A stretch of DNA of 64,000 nt from a virus (IMGVR_UViG_3300017722_002988:67760-131759); one strand, 5' to 3'. Positions 35,835 to 43,202 are shown, counted from the first letter of the stretch. Numbers and translations: made by a program. Notes: generated by a model from the letters alone, not told the origin.

Positions 35835-35906
35835 TCTTCAGTAGCTCAATGGTAGAGCTTCCGATTGTTAATCGGACGGTTGTTGGTTCGAGTCCAGCCT
35901 GGAGAG
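35835..35906 (+). tRNA. tRNA-Asn(GTT), second copy
   Basis: D-arm GCTCAATGGTAGAGC; arm TCCGA-TTGTTAA-TCGGA. Confidence 0.65.
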
Positions 35907-35910
35907 CCAC

Positions 35911-35981
35911 GCGGGTATGATGTAGTGGTAGCCTGTGACCTTGCCAAGGTCAACGTCCGGATTCGATTTCCGGTACCCGCT
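35911..35981 (+). tRNA. tRNA-Gly(GCC)
   Basis: Perfect acceptor GCGGGTA/TACCCGC; arm TGACC-TTGCCAA-GGTCA; T-arm CCGGATTCGATTTCCGG. Confidence 0.7.
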
Positions 35982-35990
35982 CCAATAGAC

Positions 35991-36057
35991 TAACCTCGTC
36001 TTTACAGGGGTCGTAGACGTCAGCGTTAGGCGTGACCGGGGGAGAGTCTCCACCAAA
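35991..36057 (+). ncRNA. degenerate tRNA-like unit ending in CCACCA, followed by an AAATTTC spacer
   Basis: GTCGTAGACGTCAGCG... GGAGAGTCTCC-ACCA; same architecture as the 29086-29242 units. Confidence 0.35.
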
Positions 36058-36062
36058 TTTCT

Positions 36063-36135
36063 GCGGGTATGGTGTTTAACGGTAGCACAGCAGCCTTCCA
36101 AGCTAAAAGTCCCGATTCGAATTCGGGTATCCGCT
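36063..36135 (+). tRNA. tRNA-Gly(TCC)
   Basis: Same acceptor as the Gly(GCC) gene; CTTCCAA loop; T-arm CCCGATTCGAATTCGGG. Confidence 0.6.
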
Positions 36136-36154
36136 CCAAAAATCTAAGAATCCT

Positions 36155-36240
36155 GGGTGGGTTCAATAAGGCTCGGAAGTCCGGGCAACCGGCTGTAAAC
36201 CGGTTCCGTAAGGCATGGGGAGCGTTACCTCACCCACCTA
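36155..36240 (+). tRNA. tRNA-Tyr(GTA)-like, type II, with the AGCGTTA T-loop and a 6-bp D-stem
   Basis: Acceptor GGGTGGG/CCCACCT; arm ACCGG-CTGTAAA-CCGGT; T-arm TGGGG-AGCGTTA-CCTCA; CCA. Confidence 0.45.
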
Positions 36241-36248
36241 CCATTTAT

Positions 36249-36337
36249 GCGGCTGTCGTCTAAGACAGGACACCCTGATGAACCTCCCCGAGGTCATTCC
36301 GGCGCGGGGAGATCAGGTATCAAATCCTGCGGCTGCA
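36249..36337 (+). ncRNA. degenerate tRNA-Glu-like unit with encoded CCA
   Basis: Acceptor GCGGCTG/CGGCTGC with G:U pairs; Glu-type D-arm TCGTCTAAGACAGGACACC; hairpins in place of the anticodon arm; T-arm-like CAGGTATCAAATCCTG. Confidence 0.4.
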
Positions 36338-36352
36338 CCATTTTGAGATGAT

Positions 36353-36527
36353 CATGTCTGATAAGAAGATTGAAAAGAAGCGTCGTAAACTGCAAGAGCA
36401 GATCGATCTACTTGAAAATCAAGTTCGCAGTTCCCTCGGTAAGAAGGACAGCAGAACTGATGAGATCAATGTTCCAGATCTGATGAGAAAAATTGCGGAT
36501 TATCGAGCACAGATAACCCGTCTATAA
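36353..36527 (+). CDS. small coiled-coil protein (58 aa, not listed in the ORF track)
   Basis: ATG-initiated ORF between tRNA-like units (MSDKKIEKKRRKLQEQIDLLENQ...). Confidence 0.3.
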
Positions 36528-36532
36528 GTTAC

Positions 36533-36606
36533 GCCTCTGTACTCCAACTGGCAGAGAGAGCAGGTCGAGAGCCTGTCCAGTGTCGGTTCGAATCCGACTA
36601 GGGGCA
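36533..36606 (+). tRNA. type-I tRNA with Leu anticodon GAG (A73)
   Basis: Acceptor GCCTCTG/TAGGGGC; arm GCAGG-TCGAGAG-CCTGT; T-arm GTCGGTTCGAATCCGAC; short variable loop. Confidence 0.5.
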
Positions 36607-36616
36607 CCAAAGTTTG

Positions 36617-36687
36617 TGCAGGTAGGATGCGGTATCCCACTCGGGCTCATAACCCTTGCTACGTCGGTTCGACTCCGACACCTGCTT
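36617..36687 (+). tRNA. initiator-like tRNA-fMet(CAT)
   Basis: Unpaired 1:72; three G:C pairs closing the anticodon stem (GGG/CCC); CTCATAA loop. Confidence 0.5.
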
Positions 36688-36695
36688 CATATAAT

Positions 36696-36769
36696 GCCTT
36701 TGTACCCCAACTGGTAGAGGGAGCGGTCTTAGAAACCGTACAGTGTCAGTTCGAATCTGACCAGAGGCA
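36696..36769 (+). tRNA. type-I tRNA with Leu anticodon TAG (A73)
   Basis: Paralog of 36533; arm GCGGT-CTTAGAA-ACCGT. Confidence 0.5.
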
Positions 36770-36787
36770 CCAATCAAGGAGACCAGC

Positions 36788-36937
36788 TTGAACCATAAGC
36801 GTGGAAAGCCTAAGAACGCCAGGAGCGGTTGCCTGATGTGCAAACCCTGGAAAGTCAATGGCTGCTGCATGGATAAGCACTCCGATGCTATAAGGAAAGA
36901 GTCTGCTAAGGATCAGATTCGTTTCATCTGCGAATAA
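36788..36937 (+). CDS. Cys-rich small protein (TTG start, 49 aa, not listed in the ORF track)
   Basis: AAGGAG sits 7 nt upstream of the TTG; CLMC...GCC...FIC. Confidence 0.25.
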   Translation: MNHKRGKPKNARSGCLMCKPWKVNGCCMDKHSDAIRKESAKDQIRFICE

Positions 36938-36938
36938 C

Positions 36939-37013
36939 GCCCCTGTAGTCCAACTGGCAGGAGACAGCGGTTTCAAAAGCCGCACAGTGTCGGTTCGAAT
37001 CCGACTGGGGGCA
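36939..37013 (+). tRNA. type-I tRNA with Leu anticodon CAA (A73)
   Basis: Cleanest member of the family: GCGGT-TTCAAAA-GCCGC arm, 5-nt variable loop, canonical T-arm. Confidence 0.55.
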
Positions 37014-37021
37014 CCAATAAC

Positions 37022-37096
37022 GCCTGAGTACTCCAACGGAAGAGAGCCCGGTCTTAAAAACCGTGGAACGTGTGGGTTCGAATCTCACCTTAGGCA
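37022..37096 (+). tRNA. type-I tRNA with Leu anticodon TAA (A73)
   Basis: Paralog; CTTAAAA loop. Confidence 0.5.
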
Positions 37097-37106
37097 CCAT
37101 TCTACA

Positions 37107-37185
37107 GCCCGCCTCCATGGGCAAATTGGCAAAGTCGCTGTGTTCAGATCGCAGAGTTTTCCCGGTTCGACTCCGGGTGGGGGCA
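37107..37185 (+). tRNA. tRNA-like with Leu anticodon CAG (A73) and an extended D-region
   Basis: Arm CTGTG-TTCAGAT-CGCAG; T-arm CCCGGTTCGACTCCGGG. Confidence 0.4.
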
Positions 37186-37240
37186 CATCGGCGTCAAATG
37201 CATAAATAGAGTAGAATCTATTTGCACGCGAGGCCCGCTA

Positions 37241-37864
37241 ATGTTGTACACCATCTATCGCGTGACTCATCTAGAATCCGGGAAGTGCTACATTGGAAAA
37301 CATCAGACTAGGGACCCTAATGATGGATACATGGGTTCCGGTCAACTTATAAGACGTGCCGTCAAGAAGCATGGATTGAGCGCCTTCAAGAAAGAGGTTC
37401 TTCATGTCTTCGAAACGGAGTCCGAGATGAACGCTAAGGAGGCCGAAATGGTCACCGAGGAGTTTTGTGCTAGAGACGACACGTATAACGTGTGCCCAGG
37501 AGGGCAAGGTGGTTGGGGCTATGTGAATCGTACAATTTTAAGTCCAGCTGAGAGATATAAGAGAAGCTCAAAAGGCGGTAAAGCTGCTTTTGAAAAGTTT
37601 CCTGATTCTTTCAAGAAAGCGTGTATCGCCGGCGGAAAGTCCACCGGAGCTAAGAACGGAAGCAAAAATCAAGCATCAACACTTACTGAATCTGCGAGAC
37701 TAAAGCGAAAAGCGACCATGAAAGCCAATAGGCATATGTGTGGAGCTAAGAATAGTCAGTTTGGAACTTGCTGGATTACAGACGGGGTCTCTTCTAAAAA
37801 GATCCAAAAATCAGAAATTGAAAACCATCCTGGCTGGGAAAGAGGCCGGGTTATTAGAGGATGA
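37241..37864 (+). CDS. GIY-YIG homing endonuclease (Seg-like)
   Basis: IYRVTHLESGKCYIGKH...YMGSG GIY-YIG motif. Confidence 0.8.
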   Translation: MLYTIYRVTHLESGKCYIGKHQTRDPNDGYMGSGQLIRRAVKKHGLSAFKKEVLHVFETESEMNAKEAEMVTEEFCARDDTYNVCPGGQGGWGYVNRTILSPAERYKRSSKGGKAAFEKFPDSFKKACIAGGKSTGAKNGSKNQASTLTESARLKRKATMKANRHMCGAKNSQFGTCWITDGVSSKKIQKSEIENHPGWERGRVIRG

Positions 37865-38055
37865 ATAACATGAGCGATAAGAACACCTTCGTAGTTCGTT
37901 TTGAAGATATGCCAGAACGACAGATTGAAGCCGATGGCTTTCAAATCTATGACCGTGGAGATCTTGTGTTCTTCAATCAAGGTGAGAATCAATATGACCA
38001 AGACTGCTCGGCAGCTTTTGCCGGCGGCAAATGGATCTCAGTCAACAAGGTTTAA
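37861..38055 (+). CDS. hypothetical protein
   Basis: Coupled ORF. Confidence 0.45.
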   Translation: MNNMSDKNTFVVRFEDMPERQIEADGFQIYDRGDLVFFNQGENQYDQDCSAAFAGGKWISVNKV

Positions 38056-38060
38056 TAAAT

Positions 38061-38129
38061 ACCCTCGGTAGCGGATCTACCACCGGGCCTCCGAAGCTTG
38101 GATGGGTGGTTCGATTCCACTCGAGGGCG
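38061..38129 (+). tRNA. tRNA-Arg(CCG)
   Basis: Arm CGGGC-CTCCGAA-GCTTG; T-arm GGTGGTTCGATTCCACT; CCA. Confidence 0.5.
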
Positions 38130-38216
38130 CCAACTAATAAATAGGACTATGATGACTTTCAACCAACGACAGCAAAGCCAAAGTTAAGCCACTGGGACAC
38201 ACCTCCCAGTGAATGC

Positions 38217-38287
38217 TGGGGACTGGTGTAATGGTAGCATAACACGCTTTGAACGTGTTGGTTCAGGTTCGAGCCCTGGGTCCCCAT
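38217..38287 (+). tRNA. tRNA-Gln(TTG)
   Basis: U1:A72 pair; perfect acceptor TGGGGAC/GTCCCCA; arm ACACG-CTTTGAA-CGTGT. Confidence 0.75.
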
Positions 38288-38294
38288 CCAATTT

Positions 38295-38366
38295 GTCTTC
38301 GTAGTTTAACGGATAGAACGAGAGTTTCCTAAACTTTTGGCGGGGGTTCGATTCCCTCCGAAGACG
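38295..38366 (+). tRNA. tRNA-Arg(CCT)
   Basis: Perfect acceptor GTCTTCG/CGAAGAC; TTCCTAA loop; T-arm GGGGGTTCGATTCCCTC. Confidence 0.65.
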
Positions 38367-38387
38367 CCATAATGAGAAAAGTGATAC

Positions 38388-38996
38388 ATGCTTGAAACCA
38401 TTTGCGAAGTCCTCTCTGAGGCGTATAAGAGAAACTGGATCACGGCAAGAGACGGCAATGCCTCCTTGCGATTCGCAAATGACCACAAGATCTACGTAAC
38501 TCCATCTGCAGTCAGGAAGCAAACCATGCAGCCTGGTATGTTCAAGATCATTGACGCCAGGTCAGGTGCAGAGCTTGAAGGCTGTCCTATCCAAGTCGGC
38601 CTGCGTCCGACCGGAGAGCTACCTCTCCACTATGGCCTTCAGAAGGTCATCGACGAAGACGTTAGAGTCGTCCTCCATCTTCATCCCACTTACACAATCG
38701 CCGCCATGTTGGCTGGCATCGACCTGAGCAAGCTAGTGAATGAGTTCCCAGAGCTTGGTCGCTATACGTCCGTGGCACCTACGGTGCCTGACGTTCCTCC
38801 GATCAGCCAAGAGCTGGCCGATGCGTGTATGGAAAACCTTGTGCTCGATGGTAAAGGTTCCATCCGCTATAACATAGTTGGCATTGATCGGCATGGTGTT
38901 GTAGCCATTGCCAACACCCCGTGGAGAGCCATGGAACATATCGAACGTCTCGAACATATCTGCAAGATCGCTCTTGCATCTAGAACCACTTTTTAG
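38388..38996 (+). CDS. class II aldolase / adducin-family protein
   Basis: NW...GNASLR...YVTPSA and HLHP (zinc ligands), typical of the fuculose-phosphate aldolase family. Confidence 0.6.
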   Translation: MLETICEVLSEAYKRNWITARDGNASLRFANDHKIYVTPSAVRKQTMQPGMFKIIDARSGAELEGCPIQVGLRPTGELPLHYGLQKVIDEDVRVVLHLHPTYTIAAMLAGIDLSKLVNEFPELGRYTSVAPTVPDVPPISQELADACMENLVLDGKGSIRYNIVGIDRHGVVAIANTPWRAMEHIERLEHICKIALASRTTF

Positions 38997-39005
38997 GAGA
39001 TACCC

Positions 39006-39305
39006 ATGCAAGCAACCCTAGATCGCCTCATCGTTGAAAAGGAATCCAAGCCTGAGAAGATTGGTTCGATCATCTTGACCGACACTGCTCGTCAGCCGTT
39101 TGCCACTGGTGTGGTTTTCCGGGCTGGGCCTGGAACCCCGTCAGCCAATGGTGACACCATCTACAACAACATCGTAGAAGGTGATAGGATCTTGTTTGCT
39201 GCCAACGTCGGCACGGAGATCACCCTGAATGGCACCACCTATCTCTTGATGCGAGAGATCGACGTCATCGCTGTCCTCGAAAAGGATGACCGCATCGGCT
39301 CATAA
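39006..39305 (+). CDS. groES: co-chaperonin GroES homolog
   Basis: DRLIVEKES...IGSIILTDTA... aligns with the GroES mobile-loop region; 99 aa. Confidence 0.8.
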   Translation: MQATLDRLIVEKESKPEKIGSIILTDTARQPFATGVVFRAGPGTPSANGDTIYNNIVEGDRILFAANVGTEITLNGTTYLLMREIDVIAVLEKDDRIGS

Positions 39306-39306
39306 A

Positions 39307-39349
39307 GTTGTGTACTTACTTTCTTAACTGGTTATGATAAGAAAGTAAG
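39307..39349 (+). promoter_or_regulatory. phage promoter motif
   Basis: TTGTGTACTTAC, then TGGTTATGATAAGAAAGTAAG. Confidence 0.55.
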
Positions 39350-39359
39350 GAGACACACA

Positions 39360-39614
39360 ATGTCTGTTGATCTGACCAAAACCCCGACTGCTGAACTCAT
39401 TCTGGCCCGACTGCTGCTTGTTCCGTCGAACAAGTGCCTCATTCAGGATGACATGGAGAACGATCTTTCCCTCGGCGAGGACGAGATCATTCCGTTCATC
39501 ACTGATGTTTTCCAGGCTCTGTCTGAGGCCGACCTGATTGATCGTCAGGTTTATGATGGTGACCTGCGGGTCCGCGGTCAAGGCCCTGCCAAATACGGCC
39601 GCTACACGAGCTAA
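39360..39614 (+). CDS. hypothetical protein
   Basis: ORF after the promoter. Confidence 0.45.
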   Translation: MSVDLTKTPTAELILARLLLVPSNKCLIQDDMENDLSLGEDEIIPFITDVFQALSEADLIDRQVYDGDLRVRGQGPAKYGRYTS

Positions 39615-39621
39615 ACTTTTC

Positions 39622-39662
39622 GTTGTACATAAATCCACAACTGCTTATGATAAGAAAGTAAG
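39622..39662 (+). promoter_or_regulatory. phage promoter motif
   Basis: TTGTACATAAAT, then CTGCTTATGATAAGAAAGTAAG. Confidence 0.55.
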
Positions 39663-39676
39663 CTAGGAAAACGGAA

Positions 39677-40102
39677 ATGATTGACAAGAAGCAACTCTCG
39701 AAGATGATGCTGGAAATGGCTGCTGTCGGCGCCAAGTACGGCTACAAGGTCACCCCGAACGGCGGAAGCCTTGGAACCGGTCTGACCGACGCGAAGATCA
39801 AGTTCAATGTCCTGACCATGGTCACCTCGGGTGAAGGTAAAGCCGCTGTCGCTGTGAGCGGCCGGGCCACGCAAGAAGCCAAGTTCGCCGGCATCGACAT
39901 TACCAAGTCCTTCAAGGACAGCAAGGGTAAGACGCACCGCGTCATCGATTACCGCCCTCGGGCTTACAAGTCCCCTTGGGTGACTGAAGCTTCGGACGGC
40001 AAGACCTACATCTGGCCGACGACTGCGCTGAAGAGCGCTATGTCGCCTCTGATGGCGGCCGCCAAAACCAGTGGTGTGGACGGGCTGTCCCACCTCCTCT
40101 AG
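39677..40102 (+). CDS. hypothetical protein
   Basis: ORF after the promoter. Confidence 0.5.
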   Translation: MIDKKQLSKMMLEMAAVGAKYGYKVTPNGGSLGTGLTDAKIKFNVLTMVTSGEGKAAVAVSGRATQEAKFAGIDITKSFKDSKGKTHRVIDYRPRAYKSPWVTEASDGKTYIWPTTALKSAMSPLMAAAKTSGVDGLSHLL

Positions 40103-40115
40103 GAAGGGATAACCT

Positions 40116-40562
40116 ATGAACCTTACTTTCAACGAAGCACACACTTGCTCCGATTCGTACTCGAGCAATGAGCAGTACGGCGACTGGTGGGCTCACTACG
40201 ACTTCGCCGCTCCGAGCTATGCATGGTCTCTAAACGAGTCCAGCTACCGGTCGTATCCGTACGCCGGGCCTGACATCGAACCGGGAACTCCGCTCTTCGT
40301 TGTTTATGCTGTTTGGTCCTCAGGAGACAGCTTTGGTTCCGATACTCGGGGTAACTATGAGTTCATGTCTGTTACGACTGATATGAACCGTGCTTTGCGG
40401 AACATGGAGGCCCTTCGTAAGGAGGGTAAGGCTGTGCTCGAGAACGACAACGGAACCACCATGGAAATGGGTTGGAAGCCGTGGGCCGGTTATTTCGAAT
40501 CGCTCGATGAGCTGTCTATCGCCACTGTGATGTTCATGGGTCCGAAGTCGGCCTACGAATAG
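40116..40562 (+). CDS. hypothetical protein
   Basis: ORF with a GGAAGGG RBS. Confidence 0.5.
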   Translation: MNLTFNEAHTCSDSYSSNEQYGDWWAHYDFAAPSYAWSLNESSYRSYPYAGPDIEPGTPLFVVYAVWSSGDSFGSDTRGNYEFMSVTTDMNRALRNMEALRKEGKAVLENDNGTTMEMGWKPWAGYFESLDELSIATVMFMGPKSAYE

Positions 40563-40584
40563 GACTCATATATAATTCAGATAC

Positions 40585-40656
40585 GTTCCATTGGCAGAGT
40601 GGCTGATGCGGGGGCCTGCAAAGCCTCATACGGGGGTTCGATTCCCTCATGGAACT
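40585..40656 (+). tRNA. tRNA-Cys(GCA)
   Basis: Perfect acceptor GTTCCAT/ATGGAAC; CTGCAAA loop; T-arm GGGGGTTCGATTCCCTC. Confidence 0.7.
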
Positions 40657-40677
40657 CCATTATAAGAGAGAAGCACC

Positions 40678-40848
40678 ATGTCCTCATGCAGAATTAGAGA
40701 TATTCCCGAAGGCTGGGGTGGTAACGGCTGTTCTGAAGGATTCGGTGGCCTGCGCATCGGTGATGGCGGCTCAGAGTTCGTCGAAGGCGACAACGGCCTC
40801 GGCGGCATTGAAGGCTGGCCAGATCTCAGCGCTACAGAATCAATTTAA
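40678..40848 (+). CDS. Gly-rich small protein (56 aa, not listed in the ORF track)
   Basis: Its stop overlaps the next ATG (TAATG); preferred over the listed 40649 ORF, which starts inside the tRNA. Confidence 0.3.
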   Translation: MSSCRIRDIPEGWGGNGCSEGFGGLRIGDGGSEFVEGDNGLGGIEGWPDLSATESI

Positions 40849-41153
40849 TGAAACCCTTCAAAGACTTCATTACTGAATCTGCCGACATTCATAAAGCCGT
40901 CGGCGATAGAGACACCTATGATGTGACCCATGCGCCGGATTGTGATCGCAAGCACATCACTCTTGGCCATGGCCATGGCATTAAAGTTGTCGTCCATAGT
41001 GACGAGACCGATGATAAGACAGCCTCGGAACACCGTGAGATTGTCAAGAAGAACTTGGCAGCTGCAGGACATCGAGTAGCTCATGTCGGCATTTTGCATT
41101 CTTCCCCGGAAGAGAGATCTTTCCATCTTACCGTGTTCGGTAAGGACAAATAG
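40848..41153 (+). CDS. His-rich protein with a capsid-targeting-like N-terminus (MKPFKDFITES)
   Basis: CTS-like N-terminus; HGHGIKVVVH. Confidence 0.5.
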   Translation: MKPFKDFITESADIHKAVGDRDTYDVTHAPDCDRKHITLGHGHGIKVVVHSDETDDKTASEHREIVKKNLAAAGHRVAHVGILHSSPEERSFHLTVFGKDK

Positions 41154-41159
41154 GCTTAT

Positions 41160-41232
41160 GCCCCTCTAGCTCAAAAGTCAGAGCGCTGCATTGACATTGC
41201 AGAGGCACCCGGAGCGTTACCGGGGAGGGGCA
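41160..41232 (+). tRNA. tRNA-Val(GAC) with the non-canonical T-loop AGCGTTA
   Basis: Perfect acceptor GCCCCTC/GAGGGGC; arm CTGCA-TTGACAT-TGCAG; T-arm CCCGG-AGCGTTA-CCGGG. Confidence 0.6.
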
Positions 41233-41239
41233 CCATTTC

Positions 41240-41629
41240 ATGGAGTTTGTTATGACTACACCTCTAATCGCATCTAACATCGCTAGAATCTGTCATGAGG
41301 TCAACAAGGCCTTCTGTCATTCGATCGGCGATGACTCCCAGCCAAGTTGGGATGCCGCTCCTGAGTGGCAAAAAGAATCTGCAATCTCAGGTGTTCTCGG
41401 TATCATCTCAGGCGAGATTCAAACTCCTTCAGACTCCCACAAATCGTGGATGAAGCAGAAGGAAGCTGACGGTTGGATCTATGGAGATCTTAAGAATCCT
41501 GATGCCAAGCCACCTACCCATCCTTGCATGGTACCCTACGACAAGCTGCCCGTGACCCAGCAAACCAAGGACTATCTGTTCTTCGCCGTGGTCCGCAGCT
41601 ATTTGGACGGAGTTAATTCGGGAGAATAA
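41240..41629 (+). CDS. RyR-domain-like protein
   Basis: KSWMKQKEADGWIYGDLKNPDAKPPTHPCMVPYDKLP resembles the RyR (PF02026) signature. Confidence 0.5.
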   Translation: MEFVMTTPLIASNIARICHEVNKAFCHSIGDDSQPSWDAAPEWQKESAISGVLGIISGEIQTPSDSHKSWMKQKEADGWIYGDLKNPDAKPPTHPCMVPYDKLPVTQQTKDYLFFAVVRSYLDGVNSGE

Positions 41630-41810
41630 GCCGATGCAGTTTGAAGACAAGGTCATCAATGCTCTTAAAAGTCATATGACAACAGGGCTTTTTAGACGGT
41701 GTCTACAGGAGTATTTGTTCGCGACTGGTCATCTCGCCTTGGAGCCACGAACCGGCTTGCTTCTTTATCGTGGGCATGTTGCGTGGTGGTTCTAAAATCG
41801 CACAAAGTGA

Positions 41811-41850
41811 TGTACACATATTTCAGACAGTGTATATTGGTAATGAGAGT
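41811..41850 (+). promoter_or_regulatory. phage promoter motif driving a single tRNA
   Basis: TGTACACATATTT, then TGTATATTGGTAATGAGAG directly 5' of the tRNA. Confidence 0.5.
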
Positions 41851-41853
41851 TAC

Positions 41854-41925
41854 GCACCTATGGCCTAATGGTTAAGGCAGGGGTCTCTAAAACCTTGAAT
41901 CCGGGTTCGAGCCCCGGTAGGTGCA
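41854..41925 (+). tRNA. tRNA with anticodon CTA (amber-reading, suppressor-type)
   Basis: Perfect acceptor GCACCTA/TAGGTGC; D-arm GCCTAATGGTTAAGGC; arm GGGGT-CTCTAAA-ACCTT; T-arm CCGGGTTCGAGCCCCGG; CCA. Confidence 0.6.
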
Positions 41926-42181
41926 CCAAGTTTCAGTTTTCCCCTCAAGAGGGGAGATGGAGACCACAAAGGAGAGTGCTATCATGGACTAATCTGACTC
42001 TGTAGAGATAGAATGATTTTTGATAGATAAAGTTTAATTGGTAAGAACACCGTCCTCGAGACGAAAAGGAAAAAGATATGCATTCGTAGAATCGCTGTCA
42101 ACATGACCCTCCGTGATGTAAAGATCACATTACACTAAGACCACTTATGGTAACACCATCTTTACATTACGGAGACGTCAA

Positions 42182-42559
42182 ATGCAAAATCAAATCATCA
42201 CGACCTGGAAAGCCCTTGCTCGTGCTAAACAGGCCACCGCTGCGGATACGCTTAGCTATATCCTTATTCGAGCTGATGGCCCTACCGAGGCCCTGTACCA
42301 TATTCGTCGGGCCTTTTCTCCTGTCCGGAACAAGACTAAGTTGGCCAACGGCCGTTCTGCTTACGATTGCCTCTGGACGAACGAGAACTATCAACTTGGG
42401 TACTTGCTCAATCCGTTTATGATGAGCCCTCTTCGGAGGACCATGTTGACGAACCAAATCCGCTTGCGATTCCAAAAGTTTGGGATTGAACCCACCGAAG
42501 AACAGATTCAACAGTTCGAGGCCAACTACCTCTACTGCTGCAAAAGTCTGGGAGCTTGA
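42182..42559 (+). CDS. hypothetical protein
   Basis: ORF with a GGAG RBS after an AT-rich region. Confidence 0.5.
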   Translation: MQNQIITTWKALARAKQATAADTLSYILIRADGPTEALYHIRRAFSPVRNKTKLANGRSAYDCLWTNENYQLGYLLNPFMMSPLRRTMLTNQIRLRFQKFGIEPTEEQIQQFEANYLYCCKSLGA

Positions 42560-42945
42560 TTATGACAGACACCAAATACTACTACTGCTTCCTGCGGAAG
42601 GATCTGTATCCCTTCGGTCCGGAAAACCCGGCCTACCTGATCATCCAAGCGTCTCACGCTTGTTTCGAGATGGCGCGTCGACTGCCTGCTCCGGCTCCCG
42701 GTGAACAGCCCGCTTCGATGGTTCTGTTCGAGGTTGCCAATGAAGAGGAGCTGTTCCAGACGTACCGCTACCTGAAGTTCAACGGCCTGATTGAGAACGA
42801 GGACTTCCATGTCTTCTTCGAACCCGACCATGGCACTGGCTTTACCGCCATCTGCACTCGGCCCTTCGAAGGACGACAGAAGATGTTCAATGATTTTCAG
42901 CTGTTCGGCTCTCCGGAGTGCATTCAAGAAGATCTGCAAGGCTAA
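42556..42945 (+). CDS. hypothetical protein
   Basis: Coupled ORF. Confidence 0.5.
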   Translation: MIMTDTKYYYCFLRKDLYPFGPENPAYLIIQASHACFEMARRLPAPAPGEQPASMVLFEVANEEELFQTYRYLKFNGLIENEDFHVFFEPDHGTGFTAICTRPFEGRQKMFNDFQLFGSPECIQEDLQG

Positions 42946-43202
42946 TGAAGAAGCGTCAATACCAATCCCCCTTCGAGGTTGTGGTGCGGCGGCCAGGCAA
43001 CGATGACATCGCCCTGGCCGCCGCGTGGCGGTTCAACTCTGATGAAACCATCCGGCGTGAAATCGCCAAAGAGCTGGCGGACATTAGTCTTCTGCAGGAT
43101 TGGAGGCCTATCAACCACAATCTTCTAAACGCTAAGAAGGTTCGCGTCCATAAGATGCGGCGAGTGCAGGCCATCAGATCGGCCGAAATCATTTCAAAAT
43201 AG
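42918..43202 (+). CDS. hypothetical protein
   Basis: ORF. Confidence 0.4.
   Translation: MHSRRSARLMKKRQYQSPFEVVVRRPGNDDIALAAAWRFNSDETIRREIAKELADISLLQDWRPINHNLLNAKKVRVHKMRRVQAIRSAEIISK

Noticed and set aside
39324-40168. Minus-strand ORFs 39324-39638 and 39611-40168
   Set aside because: They are antisense to promoter-driven + strand ORFs and cross two + strand promoter motifs.
40649-40876. Listed 75-aa + ORF starting inside tRNA-Cys
   Set aside because: Its ATG lies within the tRNA 3' acceptor. An alternative Gly-rich frame (40678-40848) ends precisely at the next gene's ATG and is preferred.
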